Shown one piece after another: positions 41,401 to 54,626 of a DNA stretch of 64,000 nt. The position numbers were made by a program, and so were the translations under genes. The notes beneath the pieces are model-generated. The model saw only the letters and a list, made by a program, of their open reading frames with translations, did no database searches and had not been told where the DNA came from. How positions within the stretch are numbered: the stretch's first letter is position 1; every line of letters begins with the position of its first letter. The stretch covers positions 434,001 through 498,000 of the forward strand of contig JAQGDQ010000002.1 in NCBI GenBank assembly GCA_030141605.1, written 5' to 3'. This DNA is from Tubiluchus corallicola. Lineage: Eukaryota; Animalia; Priapulida.

Positions 41401-44400
41401 AGAAAAATAGGATTTCATCTGCCTTACAATTTCGGGTCTTTGAGAAAATAACAATAGCAAGAAATTTTTATAAACAATGGTAACGATGACGACGATTACA
41501 ATTATGACTGATGATATCAATAATGACTGACAGAAACGACAGTAAAAATTATGATGAAGACAGTCAGCAACAGTGACAATCAGCGCCAGTAATGATAAAT
41601 AAAGTTCTACAAGAGAATGTATAAGCAGCTTTGGCCATTGGCCTTAAGTTGTTTTGGGTGATTTGTATAAAAAGCAGTGAATATATTGGATGAATAAAAA
41701 TCAAATTAAGTTGTATTTTCAGTAATTTTCTAATTAATGTATTTTGGAATTTTAAATTTTAAGGATTTCTCAGGAAATTATAATTTAGTGGAAGCTAGAT
41801 GCGACGTTAGTTGCTAATTCCGTATTTAACAAGTATAGTTATTATACTAAAACGACTATTGGCCTATTTTGTATAATATAAAGTTGAGCTTATATTCGAC
41901 TTTTAATGGTTATTGGAAAAAATATATAAATATTCATTTGCCTTAGGTTATCATTGCATTATGGCACTACACTAAAATGACTGCAACTTATTAAGATTCA
42001 AGTCCAAGTAAGATAAAATGCGCGTTCTAAAAACCCCCTTTCGTAGTCCTGAATATAAATCTCAAGGTGACACTAACGTTGTGAAACCGGAGAAACTCTG
42101 TCAGTGAGTGAGCAACGTGTTCTTTTTACGTCAGTTTTTTGCATAATAATACATTTATTAGCCCTACTATGTTGGAAACCCAGAAAATTCACTGGCCGAG
42201 ATGCTGCACTGTGAATAAACACACATTAATCTAGACTATTGTGGCCTGTGTTTTGGAGAGTAATAGGAAAATAACCCCCTATATGGCGTTCTGTGCAGGA
42301 ACAACTTAACTCATTAACAGTATGGTTACCATGTTTTTTATCTTCAGAGGAACTAATAAAGTACAGGTTTTCTAGCGACAAAATAAAGATTCCTAGGTTC
42401 ATAGAGTGACTCCCATAGTTGAACGCCTTGAAGACATCTCGCCTTCCAGCAAAGAAAATTACTACTTTTTGACCATTATTTATTGTAAGGTCTAATTTTA
42501 GACTTTTAGTGTCTAATAAGCATGGGCAATCAGACAGACGTTTATTGGATAATAAAGTAGATTACTCGGCTCCTCGATCAGCAAAGAAAACTATACCCTT
42601 TAAAGCTCATTTACCAGAAAATTGTTTAACCGAGGCCTCGTGTTTTATCATTAGACCAATTCTAAAAACCAACAGTAGATGGTTCAAGCTTATAGTCCAA
42701 ATATAAAAGATAATATTGAAAATATAAGTTAATCTTACAATATTTTGCATAAAGCGGTACAAGACACGTCACTCTTACGTGTACATTTACGTAAGTCTTT
42801 AAAGACATGACAAGAACAGTTGGTGAAAGCGCTCGTTTTGTTGAGATTATTTCGAAAAAGTCATGTTGCTTAATTAATGGTGTGCGGGTTGTTTTGTTCA
42901 CGGTGACCCCAGCAAGGCTGTACGACTAGATTAGCTTCGTAAGCAGTCGAACGCTTGTAGTGTTTCCGTTTCAGCCCGTAAACAGGGTGGTTTCTCGCAG
43001 TAGCTGCTGGAGATGTTTAGAGCCAGGCTCTGTCAGCAGCTAAGCCGAGATCTATCAAGTGCTTCGGCGTATCCACTGGGGTAATTTGCTAACTAGCTGA
43101 ATTATTTCAAGCTAGGAAAACACTCCTCGGACATGCTATTGTTTGTCTTGATTATCAAACGACGTTGGTAGTGCATGCGGTTGAGGAATTCTTGATTTAT
43201 GGATACTATTGCAGGGAAGAAGTCCATAACAGGAGCGAAAAACGGAACATTCAGCAAAGAATGTGTCACTGGAATCAATACATGATGTTGTTACGCTTCA
43301 GTTACCAGGAAGTTTTAACTATTAACATGTCCGTTTCATAAATAACCATGCAGTCAATGATTGTACATTAACTTGTCATCAAGTGCAGGGCTTATCACGT
43401 ACGGTGCCCTGGTTGTTGTGGTGTTGTAATTTCAACTTGCATTGAGGTAACTAGGTTGGTTAGAACAAACACGCTGTTTTTTCTTTTTTGACACGGTAAC
43501 AGCCATAAGGCAAAATTCTTATGAAATTGCACCAATGCAGATAAAAACTTATAGAAAAATGATAGTTATTGCATTTTATTGAGTGGCGTATTCACTATTC
43601 ACCCCTTTGCGTTCGGTAAATTTGATCAGGCGTGCTCTAGTTCTGATTTAAAATTTTGGAAATATCCGTTCTCCATCATTCGGTTTGTTTCGACAGCGTC
43701 GGCGTAGATCGAATTTCTTCATTGTTCGTCAGAAAATATATAAAATTTTAATCTTGGATGACATGTTACATATTGATTTACTCGTATAAGTTTTTTCCCA
43801 TGAAACTTAAATCAGTTGCGAAAAATGAAAGAAGCTCGAAATTTACTTAATCGGATTTTTTTAAATCAGCAGAGTAGATTTTAGGTAATTTTTAATTTTG
43901 TAATTTAAAATTGTCTTTACGGAATTAGATTTTTTACTTCTTAATTATACAAATACTCCTTTGTAGTTTTTGTGATGTATTTTGTACCCAATTTTACCGC
44001 TGTGCATTTGTTTTATCCCTTTTCATGCTTTCTATTATGTAAAATACATTTTTTCATTTCATTAATTTTCGAGCAAGTGTGAATTTTTGACAAATAGCTG
44101 CTAGGGGATGTTGTTTCTTGCCACATAACCACTTTGATTACTCTTGATTTTATTCATTTTATTTTTGTATTATGCGTTTTTGTGCATAATCTTAATAAAA
44201 TAAAATGAAATAGAAGTATGACCTTAATTTTTTGTTAATAAGTGGGAGGGAATACCAGGTATGATTAGTAAATGGATGGATGGCCGTCTGAAAACTGCTT
44301 CTGGACTTTTTTTATCTATCTTCGGCTTTCTCTGACGTTAAGAAAATATGTTAACATTTGTAAGTGACTAGGACCCTCTGTCGGTCCACTGTCTCCTATT

Positions 44401-45495
44401 AGAAGATAATGATAAACGCTTTATTTCACAAATACAAAGCAACGTAAGTGTAGTTAACAAATCGCTTTAGCTTACGTTACATAAACTTACGTAAACAACG
44501 CATATAGAGATACGACCCTATAAATACAGGGCTCTTTTTAAGCGTAGTTGACAAACATTTAGATGTTTTCCAACAATAATGAGACAAATTTCGGGCCCGT
44601 CTGAATAGGCCTTGCCAGGTGTGCAGATTCGGCTTTGTAATTGTGAAGCGCCAAAAAACAATGAGATTTATAAATGGCTTGCCTTTTCCACCTGAAGAGA
44701 AAGTACTATGATTCGTACGGACAGAAAGCAATGGAAATTTCGTTCCTCGCCAAGACTTAAACCTAAAATTTTTACCTTAGTACATAATTTGATACTTAGT
44801 AACCTGCATTAATTAAACACATTCATCAAAAGTGGGGTACGTTTCCGCAGTCTACCAATCTCAATGTACATAATTTGAATTATTTTTTCTACCATATGCA
44901 AAGCGTGCTCTAATTTTGTATTAGCCTAACTAGAGAGCGACATGGTGAAATGCGAATGATGGTCACGCTAGAACTCCTGAGTGGCTAAATTCTCACTGAG
45001 CAAGCACGCACCACTTTGCACCTTCAGTCATAAAATTGCAGCAAATTATTCTCATAATGCACTTTAGGATTGATGAAAACACACGTGCAAAATTGTCACT
45101 GTCTAACGACTATGCTCTTAGTGCCTGACTATCACCTATTTTTACCAACACTTCTGGTATTATATATGTAGTCCATGGCTGCACTTGTTCTTACCCTTTG
45201 TAAAGCTAGTCACACTACGTGGGATGTCGTATGGCTGAAACGTATTTGCAAGAAGGCGGCGCATGCGGCACACATCACTGCCAGCATGTAATGGTACAGC
45301 TTTGACAGACATTAATTTGGCTGACATTAATGCTAATATCAGTTCATTTTGTCATTTACAAACACCTTGTGGTGACTGTGGTGTACGGCCTTTAGACCAC
45401 GTGCAAAAACGGCACCGGCCGATGGAGGCAAAACGCAATTTTTCCTTTCCGACAGTAGGGGGAAGGAAATTAATTGGCACTTCAAATTAATTGGC

Positions 45496-45742
45496 ACTGA
45501 GCGATATCATTGATTAAATTAAGACTGTGGATACCAGAATGTTTATAAATTATTGCGGTTTATTTCACAACAATGATTTCCAATTTCGGGTAATAAGCTA
45601 AAGCAAAGGAGACACACTGAAAAATTGTGGATTCAAATCTCAAATCCCGCAAATAGGTAATAATTGTTGTGAAACAAAACGCAGTGGTTTATGGACGTTC
45701 TGGCATTCACACAGTCATAATCTAATTAGTGAGATCGTTAGT
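45496..45742. repeat. Long imperfect inverted repeat (foldback/MITE-like); arms ~95 bp, loop ~55 bp
   Basis: 45496-45590 aligns with the reverse complement of 45646-45742 (e.g. GACTGTG/CACAGTC, CCAGAA/TTCTGG, TTTCACAACAAT/ATTGTTGTGAAA). Confidence 0.9.
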
Positions 45743-46706
45743 TGAAGAATAAAAGTTGATAATCTGGTTTAGCCCTAACTTATGCGTTAGCATGTGCTAT
45801 ATAAAAATTATTCCCGATGGGCTGAGGAAGTTATTTTCTAATTTTTTTTATACTACTAGTAAAATTTTGGGAGCTAAATGTATGGTGTTTTAATCTGGTT
45901 TCAACCGTACGACTTCAAAGACACGGCCTGTGAGTTTTAAAGCGTCGCTTATCATTGTCTTAAGGGTTTCTATATACAATTAATACGAATTAATTATTCA
46001 TCTGTGTTGTTCATTTACAACTGCTGTGTAACTGTTTTGCTTGTCATCTCTGGCGGTTTATTAAGGAGGATTAGATGAGTACAATTTTCTAAGCACACAT
46101 TATGATGCTGTAAAATTCTTCTGAATAAAATAATGTCTCCATGAAGTCGAGTTGCGGCTTTAAGCATGAATCGTGAACTGAACGCCATTATTGATCTTTT
46201 GATCTATAAAGCTTTTAAACAGATCTATTGAACACAACTAGACCCACTCGCCACTTAAAAACTTTCTATTTTCGCTGCTTTACACAAACTTTTTTGTGAT
46301 TTCAGAATTTGAAATGCACTGTTGTTGGCACTTTTCAGTATTTGCGTCGATAGTATTCAGTATTTTATGCCTTGGGTCAGTAACAGTAACAGAACAGACA
46401 TTGTATAAATGAAGGTTTTTATTACATGTATTATAGAAGCTGGCAAGGCGATAAAGTCATGCAACAAGGATCTCATATTTGTATTTGCCAGTTCTATTAC
46501 AAAATTTTTAAACATGATAAACCCAATTATGCACAGTGCTCGTTCAGAACAGCGTCCTGTATAAGGAGGTAGCGCCTAACAATAATCCAATAATCATAGA
46601 TTAGATACTTATATAACAAATTATTTAGTTGAAGTTGTAGAACTTCCTAGCTCGAATACTATAGACTATAGACAGATAAATTTACAGTTATGTACATTAA
46701 TTACAG

Positions 46707-46707
<1 letters not shown>

Positions 46708-46750
<43 letters not shown>
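46708..46750. repeat. (TA)n microsatellite
   Basis: Directly visible. Confidence 0.95.
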
Positions 46751-46753
<3 letters not shown>

Positions 46754-48104
46754 TAGATAAAGCTTATTTGATTGCCTGAAAAATTCTGTCACAAATTTTA
46801 AGGTCTGCATGCAACATAATATGTAAATTTCAATTTTTATTGTCGTCTGTCTTTTAAAAATAGCTCGAAATCATTAACAAATGAACTGCCAAACAAAAAC
46901 ATTGAAAATGTATTCAAACAAGGGCCCCGGTACGTTTGCGTCGGTCACTCGTGAAAACGACAGACTTTTATAATTATTTGTAAATTGGAAATAAGTAGTG
47001 ATTTTGTTAAATAAATAGCATAGTTCTTGCAATTTGTTAGCACATCAAAATGCTGCAGTTTGTTGGAAACACAAAATGCCTCCTTTGCACACCTAACGAT
47101 ATATCACCGTCATGAACAACATTAGTCTCTTTCAGTAGTCAAATTACATTTATATGAATAACAGTTAAATGTTAGCAATAATTGAAATTACAGTCTTCCT
47201 GCTGCTTTTTTCTGCCAGAAAGTCTATATTTTATTATTTTTAGTTTTGGTTACTTTTGGTTGACTAGTGATTTTGAAAAGAAAAAACCTGGAACGCACCG
47301 ACGACGCTCTGAGTCCATTCCAGTTCCCAGTCGTAAAATTTACTCTCTTAAAATGGTTGCACATCACTGATGTCATAGTCTGTAGTGATTTTGCTTTCAG
47401 ATACATAATCACATAAGACAAACGCAGTTCACTGATTGACTTGATTGTACATTAGATTAATTTAGTTATGTCAGATTAGAAGACCGGATGAAACAAGATT
47501 GCTTATGTCGTTAGCTCCCTACACTCAATCAAGTCATGCTCTTTGGTTCAATATAAGTAACTTGGTGTTAGGAGAGAGGCAACTCTGATCCGTACAGATG
47601 AAGTGATGCTTTCATCGTCAGTAGGGAAGGCTGCAAGTTGCTTTCCGTCGCCATTTGATGGTGCTTCACAAATGAGACTTCTACACTTGATTTGTAGCTT
47701 CACAAAAAGTAATTTAACTGTTAAGTGGCTACTGATACCAAAAAATTATGTAGAGTTGCTTTTTGTTTTAGCGTTAAACCATCTCGCAGACGTAAGATAC
47801 TAATGAATTCACATCTAGCGTGCATGCACTTCTAGCTTGTAAATCGACAGCGGCACTAACTGTGATATCACACTGGTTCGGAAGAAAGTGGTTAATGCAA
47901 GAAGAGTGCGAAGAAAAGGAGCTTAAACGAACTTGCTACTGGCAGAGCTCCCTTGACTAAGTACTGCACCATTTTGTAGGTTACTGTTAAATTGGCCAGT
48001 TGTTTCGTAATCTAAAAAAAGCATTTTGGCGCTGCATAGACCTGTGACGCTCTGGGTAAAGTTCACATTTCTATTAGTGTTGCACACTGATTTAACTACT
48101 TCAG

Positions 48105-48233
48105 TTGTAATGATATACAAGAATAATGGATATGTAGCCGTAAATATACGCGACTTTATAAACAATATGGTGGATCTTGGTGGTTACGTCATCATCTTGG
48201 TGGAGACAAAGGACAAGGAAACCAAGTTGTATG
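48105..48233 (+). CDS. PALS1: 5' coding exon of stardust/PALS1 (MPP5)-like MAGUK; alternative N-terminal half of the N-terminal PDZ domain
   Basis: ctacttcAG | (V)VMIYKNNGYVAVNIRDFINNMVDLGGYVIILVETKDKETKLY-G | GTAAGT (consensus donor, phase 1). ATGs at 48110 and 48167. MVDLGGYVIILVE..K.KLYG matches my recollection of invertebrate stardust/PALS1 long-isoform N-termini, which continue GSPAD..LEVGDEILEVNG. Gene name is from memory, not a search. Confidence 0.72.
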
Positions 48234-48675
48234 GTAAGTTTGATTCTTTTTTATTACTTAGGCCTACTTTAAAATTTGTGATGTTAATGAATTTCCAAAA
48301 TGGTAAGGAATACAAAACACCAAGACGGATATAAAATGTAGTTTTTCTTGGTGCCTTCCTGTAGAAATGGATGGGTTTCGTTAGTTCGTAGAAAATAAAA
48401 ATAATTCTGTAGTAAAACTGATGTCCCGAGTTTGGTTTCGTACTCTGCAATTCGATTATAAGAGTTGGTAAGACATAAACTCATAAAGGTAAACTAGTGA
48501 ACTCGCATAGATACAGCTATTAAATTTCTACTATGGTGCGCCCATACTAAATGCTACTCAACATTATAGTCCAAAATCCAAAAAAGTCTGTTTTATGTTT
48601 GGACAGCGTTGTTAACACAACACAACAGAATACAGTTTACGATCTGAGTGCTATAACGCACCCTGTAACTTAACG

Positions 48676-48783
48676 TGATGACGATGACGATAATGACCAC
48701 GATGACGATGGCCACGATAACATTGCCGACGACGACGACGACAACGACGATGATGATGATGATGACGAGAACGACAGCAACAA
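48676..48783. repeat. Imperfect (GAC/GAT)n microsatellite
   Basis: Directly visible. Confidence 0.9.
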
Positions 48784-49232
48784 TCTTCATTTTGATCCAT
48801 CTTTAAATTCCATAATAAACACAAAAGCAGTTGTGAGTTTGTGACGTTTTTGTATTTTATTGCAACTGCGCCAGACAAGGCAATAGCAATTTTTGGATAC
48901 GACTCGCGCAGTATCAAATTTGTAATTTCGCAGACGCGGGAAACAAAGCGCGTTAACTGTTACCCTAAACCGTACGCGTAATTCCAACCTCAGGCTCCTG
49001 CAAACTTAAAACAGTCAGCTGAATTATTGCTTCACAAGCTTTAATTAACCTCAGCCAGTACAGAAATCTCAGTAAAATTCGTCTTTCACTTTACACAAGG
49101 CAATGATCTAGCAATTGCTAATATATGTAATAGGCTTCTTTATCTGTTTATACTACTATAGAAAGTTATTGCTCTTGGCTCTGGAAACAAATTCTTACTA
49201 AAAGCATCAAGCCAATATAATCCAACTTGTAT

Positions 49233-49560
49233 ATGAATGAATGAACGAACGAACGAAATGAATGAATGAGCGAATGAATGAATGAATGAAAGAATAAATA
49301 AATAAATACGTGAATGAACAAATGAATGAGTAAATGAGTGAGTGAGTGAGCGATTTAATAAATGAATTAATGAATGAATAAATGAGGAAAGAAAGAAGGA
49401 AAGAAAACAGCAAATAAGTTAATGAGTAAGCTAATAGGTGACTAAATGAGAAAATAAGTGCATGTGTAAAATAAGCAATCGAGCAAATGAGCGAAAGAAC
49501 AACTGAATTAGCAGTGAAACAAGTGAATAAATGAACAAGCAGGCAGACGAGGGAACGAGG
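49233..49560. repeat. Degenerate (GAAT/AAAT/GAGT)n tetranucleotide tract
   Basis: Directly visible, decaying to the right. Confidence 0.85.
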
Positions 49561-51310
49561 GTGAACCAACAGTGTAAACTAAAGAGCAAAACGTTTGTAA
49601 TCGAGCTCCAGCTTAACCAAGTTTATCCTGTAGAACAATTTATATACCTGTAGTAACATTAATCGATTAGATGAGCAAAGAGACCATGGAATGAGCAGAT
49701 AACTAACGTATAAAACTACTTGAAAGTGTTGTGAGAAGTTTGATAAGAATTTAAATACATACGAAATTTCAAAAGTTCTGCCTCAAAAGGCTTAAAAGCC
49801 TACATGAAATTGAAAGTCTGCACTAAATTCCATGTCATAAGCAATTTAATAACCCACTAATCCCTGATTTTTAAACTCACAAGGAAAATGATAGCGCTAA
49901 TACAGATCAAAAACTAGCCAACGGAAATGAAACTTCTGTGCTTCCTCCAACGGAAGCATTGACTGTCCTGGTATTGAATCAGCATGCTGGTTTCAATAGA
50001 TAGCTAGAGCTGTCTACAGTATCAACAGGATCATCAGGTTTCTGTTCTCTGAGTTTATTCGAGTCCAGCTTGAACTGAATCTGCAGGTTTCTTTGCTTCG
50101 ATCTTCAATCGATGCTTTAATTCAATGATGCCTAGCTTTTCTGGCGGTTAGCGCTAATTAAGATAGCCAAGAGCTAGTAAGAAGAGCTCACGGAAGAGAG
50201 CAGCAACATTTGCTATCGTTCTACCACAAACAATAATCAGTAATTATATCACAAACTAATTATGGCCCATTTTTCAACATCCTTCTTCGACTTGATATGA
50301 TGGATAATTGAAATGAGATCGCTCGTGTGCAATTGATCGAGTTGTTACCTATCCATTTACTTGTCTAAGCTCGGCGCTGCTTACTATCGTAGCCACGGCG
50401 CATTGCAAGCTGTTTAACTAACCCATATAAGATGGTTGTTATTTTAGAAATTATTTCACTCCATATAAACAAGTTTGGCACTGTAGATTATTTTTCTCTT
50501 TGGACCAGAAAATTTTTCTCTTTGGACTAGTACTTAAAAGAAGTGGGCATAATGATATTGTCCCTATTTTAGCCCTTGTTTTAGACAAGAGTGTATAAAG
50601 GGACTTTGACATTGATATTTAGCCCTTGGTCCGCGCATTTATATCATACAAGAGTCATATTTATGTCAAGGCGTATAACTATGGCATAGCCATTAGTTTT
50701 GATCAGGTAATCTGTACTTTGTTGTGTCATTTCATGAACTTGCCTCTATTTTTCAATTTTAATTTTTAATTTTCGTTCTGATGTTAAGTAAAGAGAACTA
50801 AGTTGAACACATCACTCACTTCATTAGGTTTTGGTAATTTTACTGAGAGTTTGACCTGTGACGTATAGATTTGTCTTTTTGTCTCCTATTCAAGTCAGGC
50901 AAAGATGCCCTCAAGAAGCATGTGACTCGGTAGAGTCAACTTTCTCAACTTTCCTCAAATTTACAATAACCTTTGCAGTGAACAATGTCTTCTAATTTGG
51001 TAATATTAGTCTCTTGCGCGCCTTTATGATGATATGATCATTTGTAAGCAGCCTGCACTATTTAAATTTCACAATGACTTTGTGGTCCATTCACTGTATA
51101 TGTTATATCTTTTGCTTCAATAACCATAGTAAACGATCAGTTCTTTCTTGGTGTCGGCGTTTACTTTTCTATGAAGAATTAACTTTTGTTTATGCACAGT
51201 ATAGTATTTTATAAGTTTCACAATGAGGCTTCATTGTATGCTTATGCTGATATTTAACAGCTTTTTCTAATAATAGTAGTAATAATAATAAAGATGATGA
51301 TAATGATAAA

Positions 51311-51311
<1 letters not shown>

Positions 51312-51409
<98 letters not shown>

Positions 51410-51413
51410 TATT
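51312..51413. repeat. (ATT)n microsatellite
   Basis: Directly visible. Confidence 0.95.
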
Positions 51414-52022
51414 ACTAATGTTTCTTAGCGTGTAAATACGTGTTAGCGCAGCGAGTTTGTAAGAAACTGCTACAGTATCTCAAAACATGAACCTCAGTGT
51501 TGTTTTGGGTATGTGGCTTCGTTTACTGGTTTCATCCACTTGGCAAGTGAGAGCAGCTGCAGCGACAGAGCCGAAACCCTGTAACCCAGTAACCGTACGA
51601 TTGGAAGACAGTATTGATTACATTCAAACATTCCCACTGGCATTCGAATGACTAACTCCCACATTCGGCTGTGAGGATCATTTAAGAACTTCAGCATACT
51701 CAATTCCTTTATATGTTTTCTAATAAATGAGGTTTCCAATTTTATAGTTGCAGTTTGTAAGAGCAACTATAGACTATAGACTAACAATAGACAATAGTCC
51801 TTTTGTTTGTGCGCCTGCCGCCTAGCTTGTTTGAAGCTCTTTCTCTCTGCCATTCCGTTTGAATGTGAACAAGCATGAGTGCACACAGTGAGCTTCAATT
51901 GATAATGTCATATTTTTCATTAGTTAATAATTCAAGGCCAAATTCAGAGTCACAATTTTGAATGCGACTATAACGTGAAATTTGCGCAAGTAGAGATGAC
52001 ACAACGTTTAGATTAACACAGA

Positions 52023-52080
52023 ACACACACACACACACGCACGCACACGCACACGCACGCACGCAAACACACGCACACAC
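52023..52080. repeat. (CA/CACG)n microsatellite
   Basis: Directly visible. Confidence 0.9.
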
Positions 52081-52848
52081 ATATTATAATTATATTAATT
52101 TAATATATATATTTTAATTTTATATTTGATATTATATTATATGTTTTTATTATATATATTATATTTTATATTTATATGTGGGTTTCTTCTAGTGACATTT
52201 TAAGGTCAGAGGTACGAATAGGTTTCCTTCTCCAGCAAGCAAAGATTCTACTTGTTAAAGAATTTGTAAGCAACGTTAAACACGCTCCGAGATGAGATGT
52301 CCCTATTTGCTTTTTTGTAAACTTTCGTTTTTTATTTGCGAGTTTTTCATTTGAAGCTTTATTTCTTTTTTCTTTCATTTTTTATCGTTAAACTTTGTAT
52401 TGTTCACTTTCTATACCATGTAAAGAAGCTAAAAGTGCTCGCAATAATGCACTTCGATGTGATTTTAACGTAACTAATAGTAGTAACTGTAGTATATGTG
52501 GACAATTTGTCATAACTATGAATTCATAGCCAGAAAGTCTTCTGTCTTTTACTTAGGCAGCTGACTAACTTAACAGAAAATGCGTTAATTAATGTTATAT
52601 ACTGTGAAGCGATATGTAGCATCTAATATGCATATATAATTTCTTTCTAAATCATGTTTTCACTAAATCATTAAAACGGATTTGTAAACATATAAATTAA
52701 TAGCTTTTTAACTAATAATCTATTTTTTCTGTTGTTGTAATTATTGTTGCTATTCAATAATTTAACTAAAGGACTATGTACCATATATTGTACGTATATA
52801 TAATATTGATGTGTACTAAATAAACAGTTATATTGTATAGGCTGTATG

Positions 52849-52886
<38 letters not shown>

Positions 52887-54007
52887 GACACTTTTATGCT
52901 TTGATGTGTGCACAAAAAGGCTTAAAGTGTGCAGTTATTCATTTATTTATTTTGAATATATATAATTGCACGTACACACTCTAAGTCTTTTTGTTTTCAG
53001 TCCAAATATATTGAATTTGTTTATTCCATTCTGTTCCCCCGCAACGAAAGCGCCGAATATCCACTACATTGAAGCTAATTCGATTCTTACGCGCCGCTAA
53101 ATGTACGCCCAAAAGGATAATGCAATAAGAATAAATGAAATGAGGCAACAGTTCCAACGTCTGCTTTGCTTATACCTCTATTCTGTTTCGTTATCACCAC
53201 GTCAATTTTCAAGCTCACATGCATTTCATAATTTTCATTGATATGTGTAAGTGAGTGGACGCTTTTGTGACACATACCTATGTAAAATGATTTTGTATGT
53301 AACTTTTAACACTAGGCTGTTATAAGTTCCTAATTTACATTTCCCCTCGTGAATGTCTAAAATGCGACGTTGACAGCTTTGTCAGGTAATGATTGCAAAC
53401 GCGACATACTATGCTTACTTTAAAAGGGAGAATATCCTATTTATACACAGCGAGGTGAATTTTAACATTTCAATCAACTTTGCCAGTTCTCTTCATGATT
53501 GTGGAGTTAGTTACGGTGGATTTTCTAACTTGGTAAACAACTAAACGTGCGCGCACTGAAATCTGGGAGTTTGCTTGAAGTAATTCAATCGGAAATCCGT
53601 TTCAGAACTGCTGTAATCCTGCTGTTTCCACGATATCCATAATGACTAAGTTTATAAGGTGTTATATGTCTAATGGTGTATTGGTCAGACATGACTATTA
53701 TACCTCGTTCGTGTCACTTATTTGTAAGTCTAACTAGCCATAATTATAGTCTTGTGCACGGGCCAACGTTTCAACGAGTCATTTTAATATTTATTTGAAT
53801 CGCACTTATATTGATTTTAATTCCCAATATGTTTGTGTATTAAACAAGTCAATTTTTATATGCAGGCAGTCTACGGCATGTTTTGCGAAAGAGACATTTT
53901 TATAAAAACTTTAAAACACAAAATACTAAGAGCACCTCAAACGTTTTGACCGACTGCACAGTCCAGCAGTATTCAAGCGTAGCAGTAGGTTTAGTAGTAG
54001 TAAGTTT

Positions 54008-54165
54008 GGTACAAGTAAATTTGGTCTTGGTAATTTTGGTACGAGGAAATTTTGGTACCGGGAAAATTTGCTACTAGGAATTTTTGATACTGGGAAATTT
54101 TAGCACTAGGAAATTCGAAACAAGGAAAAATGTGGTAGTGGTAAATACAGTACTGGCGAAGTTTT
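54008..54165. repeat. 15-16-bp degenerate minisatellite (GGTACTRGGAAATTTT-like), ~10 units
   Basis: ggtacaagtaaattt / ggtcttggtaatttt / ggtacgaggaaatttt / ggtaccgggaaaattt / gctactaggaattttt / gatactgggaaatttt ... Confidence 0.8.
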
Positions 54166-54257
54166 GTCAAGCGTTTTTGCAAGTAAATCTGGTACAAGGT
54201 CAGGTAGTACGGTAGTTGCGGTAGTACGGAAAGTTCATTAGTACGAAAATATCGTTT

Positions 54258-54626
54258 TTATTTGTTTTTTTGTTCGTTTGTTTGTTTGTCTGTTGTTTGT
54301 TATTGCAATCAGTGCCATTGTTGTTGTTGTTTGCCCGTTTCTTGCCAGCTCTTTTGTTGTGACCATCATTATCATCATCATCATCATCATCATCATTGCT
54401 GTCATCATTGTTATTTTTGTCGTTTTGTTGCTATTGTTGTCGCTGTTACTGTCGATGTCATTGACATTGTTCCTACTGCTGTTGTTGTTGTGGTTGTTTT
54501 TGCTTTTGTCGTTGTTGCTTGTTTTTTCTTGCATGCTGTTTTTGTTATTATTATCATCATCGTCACCATCATCATCATTATCGTCGTTATCATCTTCGGC
54601 ATCGTCATCATCATCGTCATCATTAC
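54258..54626. repeat. Compound (GTTT)/(GTT)/(CAT)n low-complexity tract
   Basis: Directly visible; it generates four overlapping spurious ORFs. Confidence 0.9.

Noticed and set aside
50540-51050. RTE-like RT remnant on the minus strand (GLK.G..LCPLL)
   Set aside because: Only one partial motif; too decayed to support.
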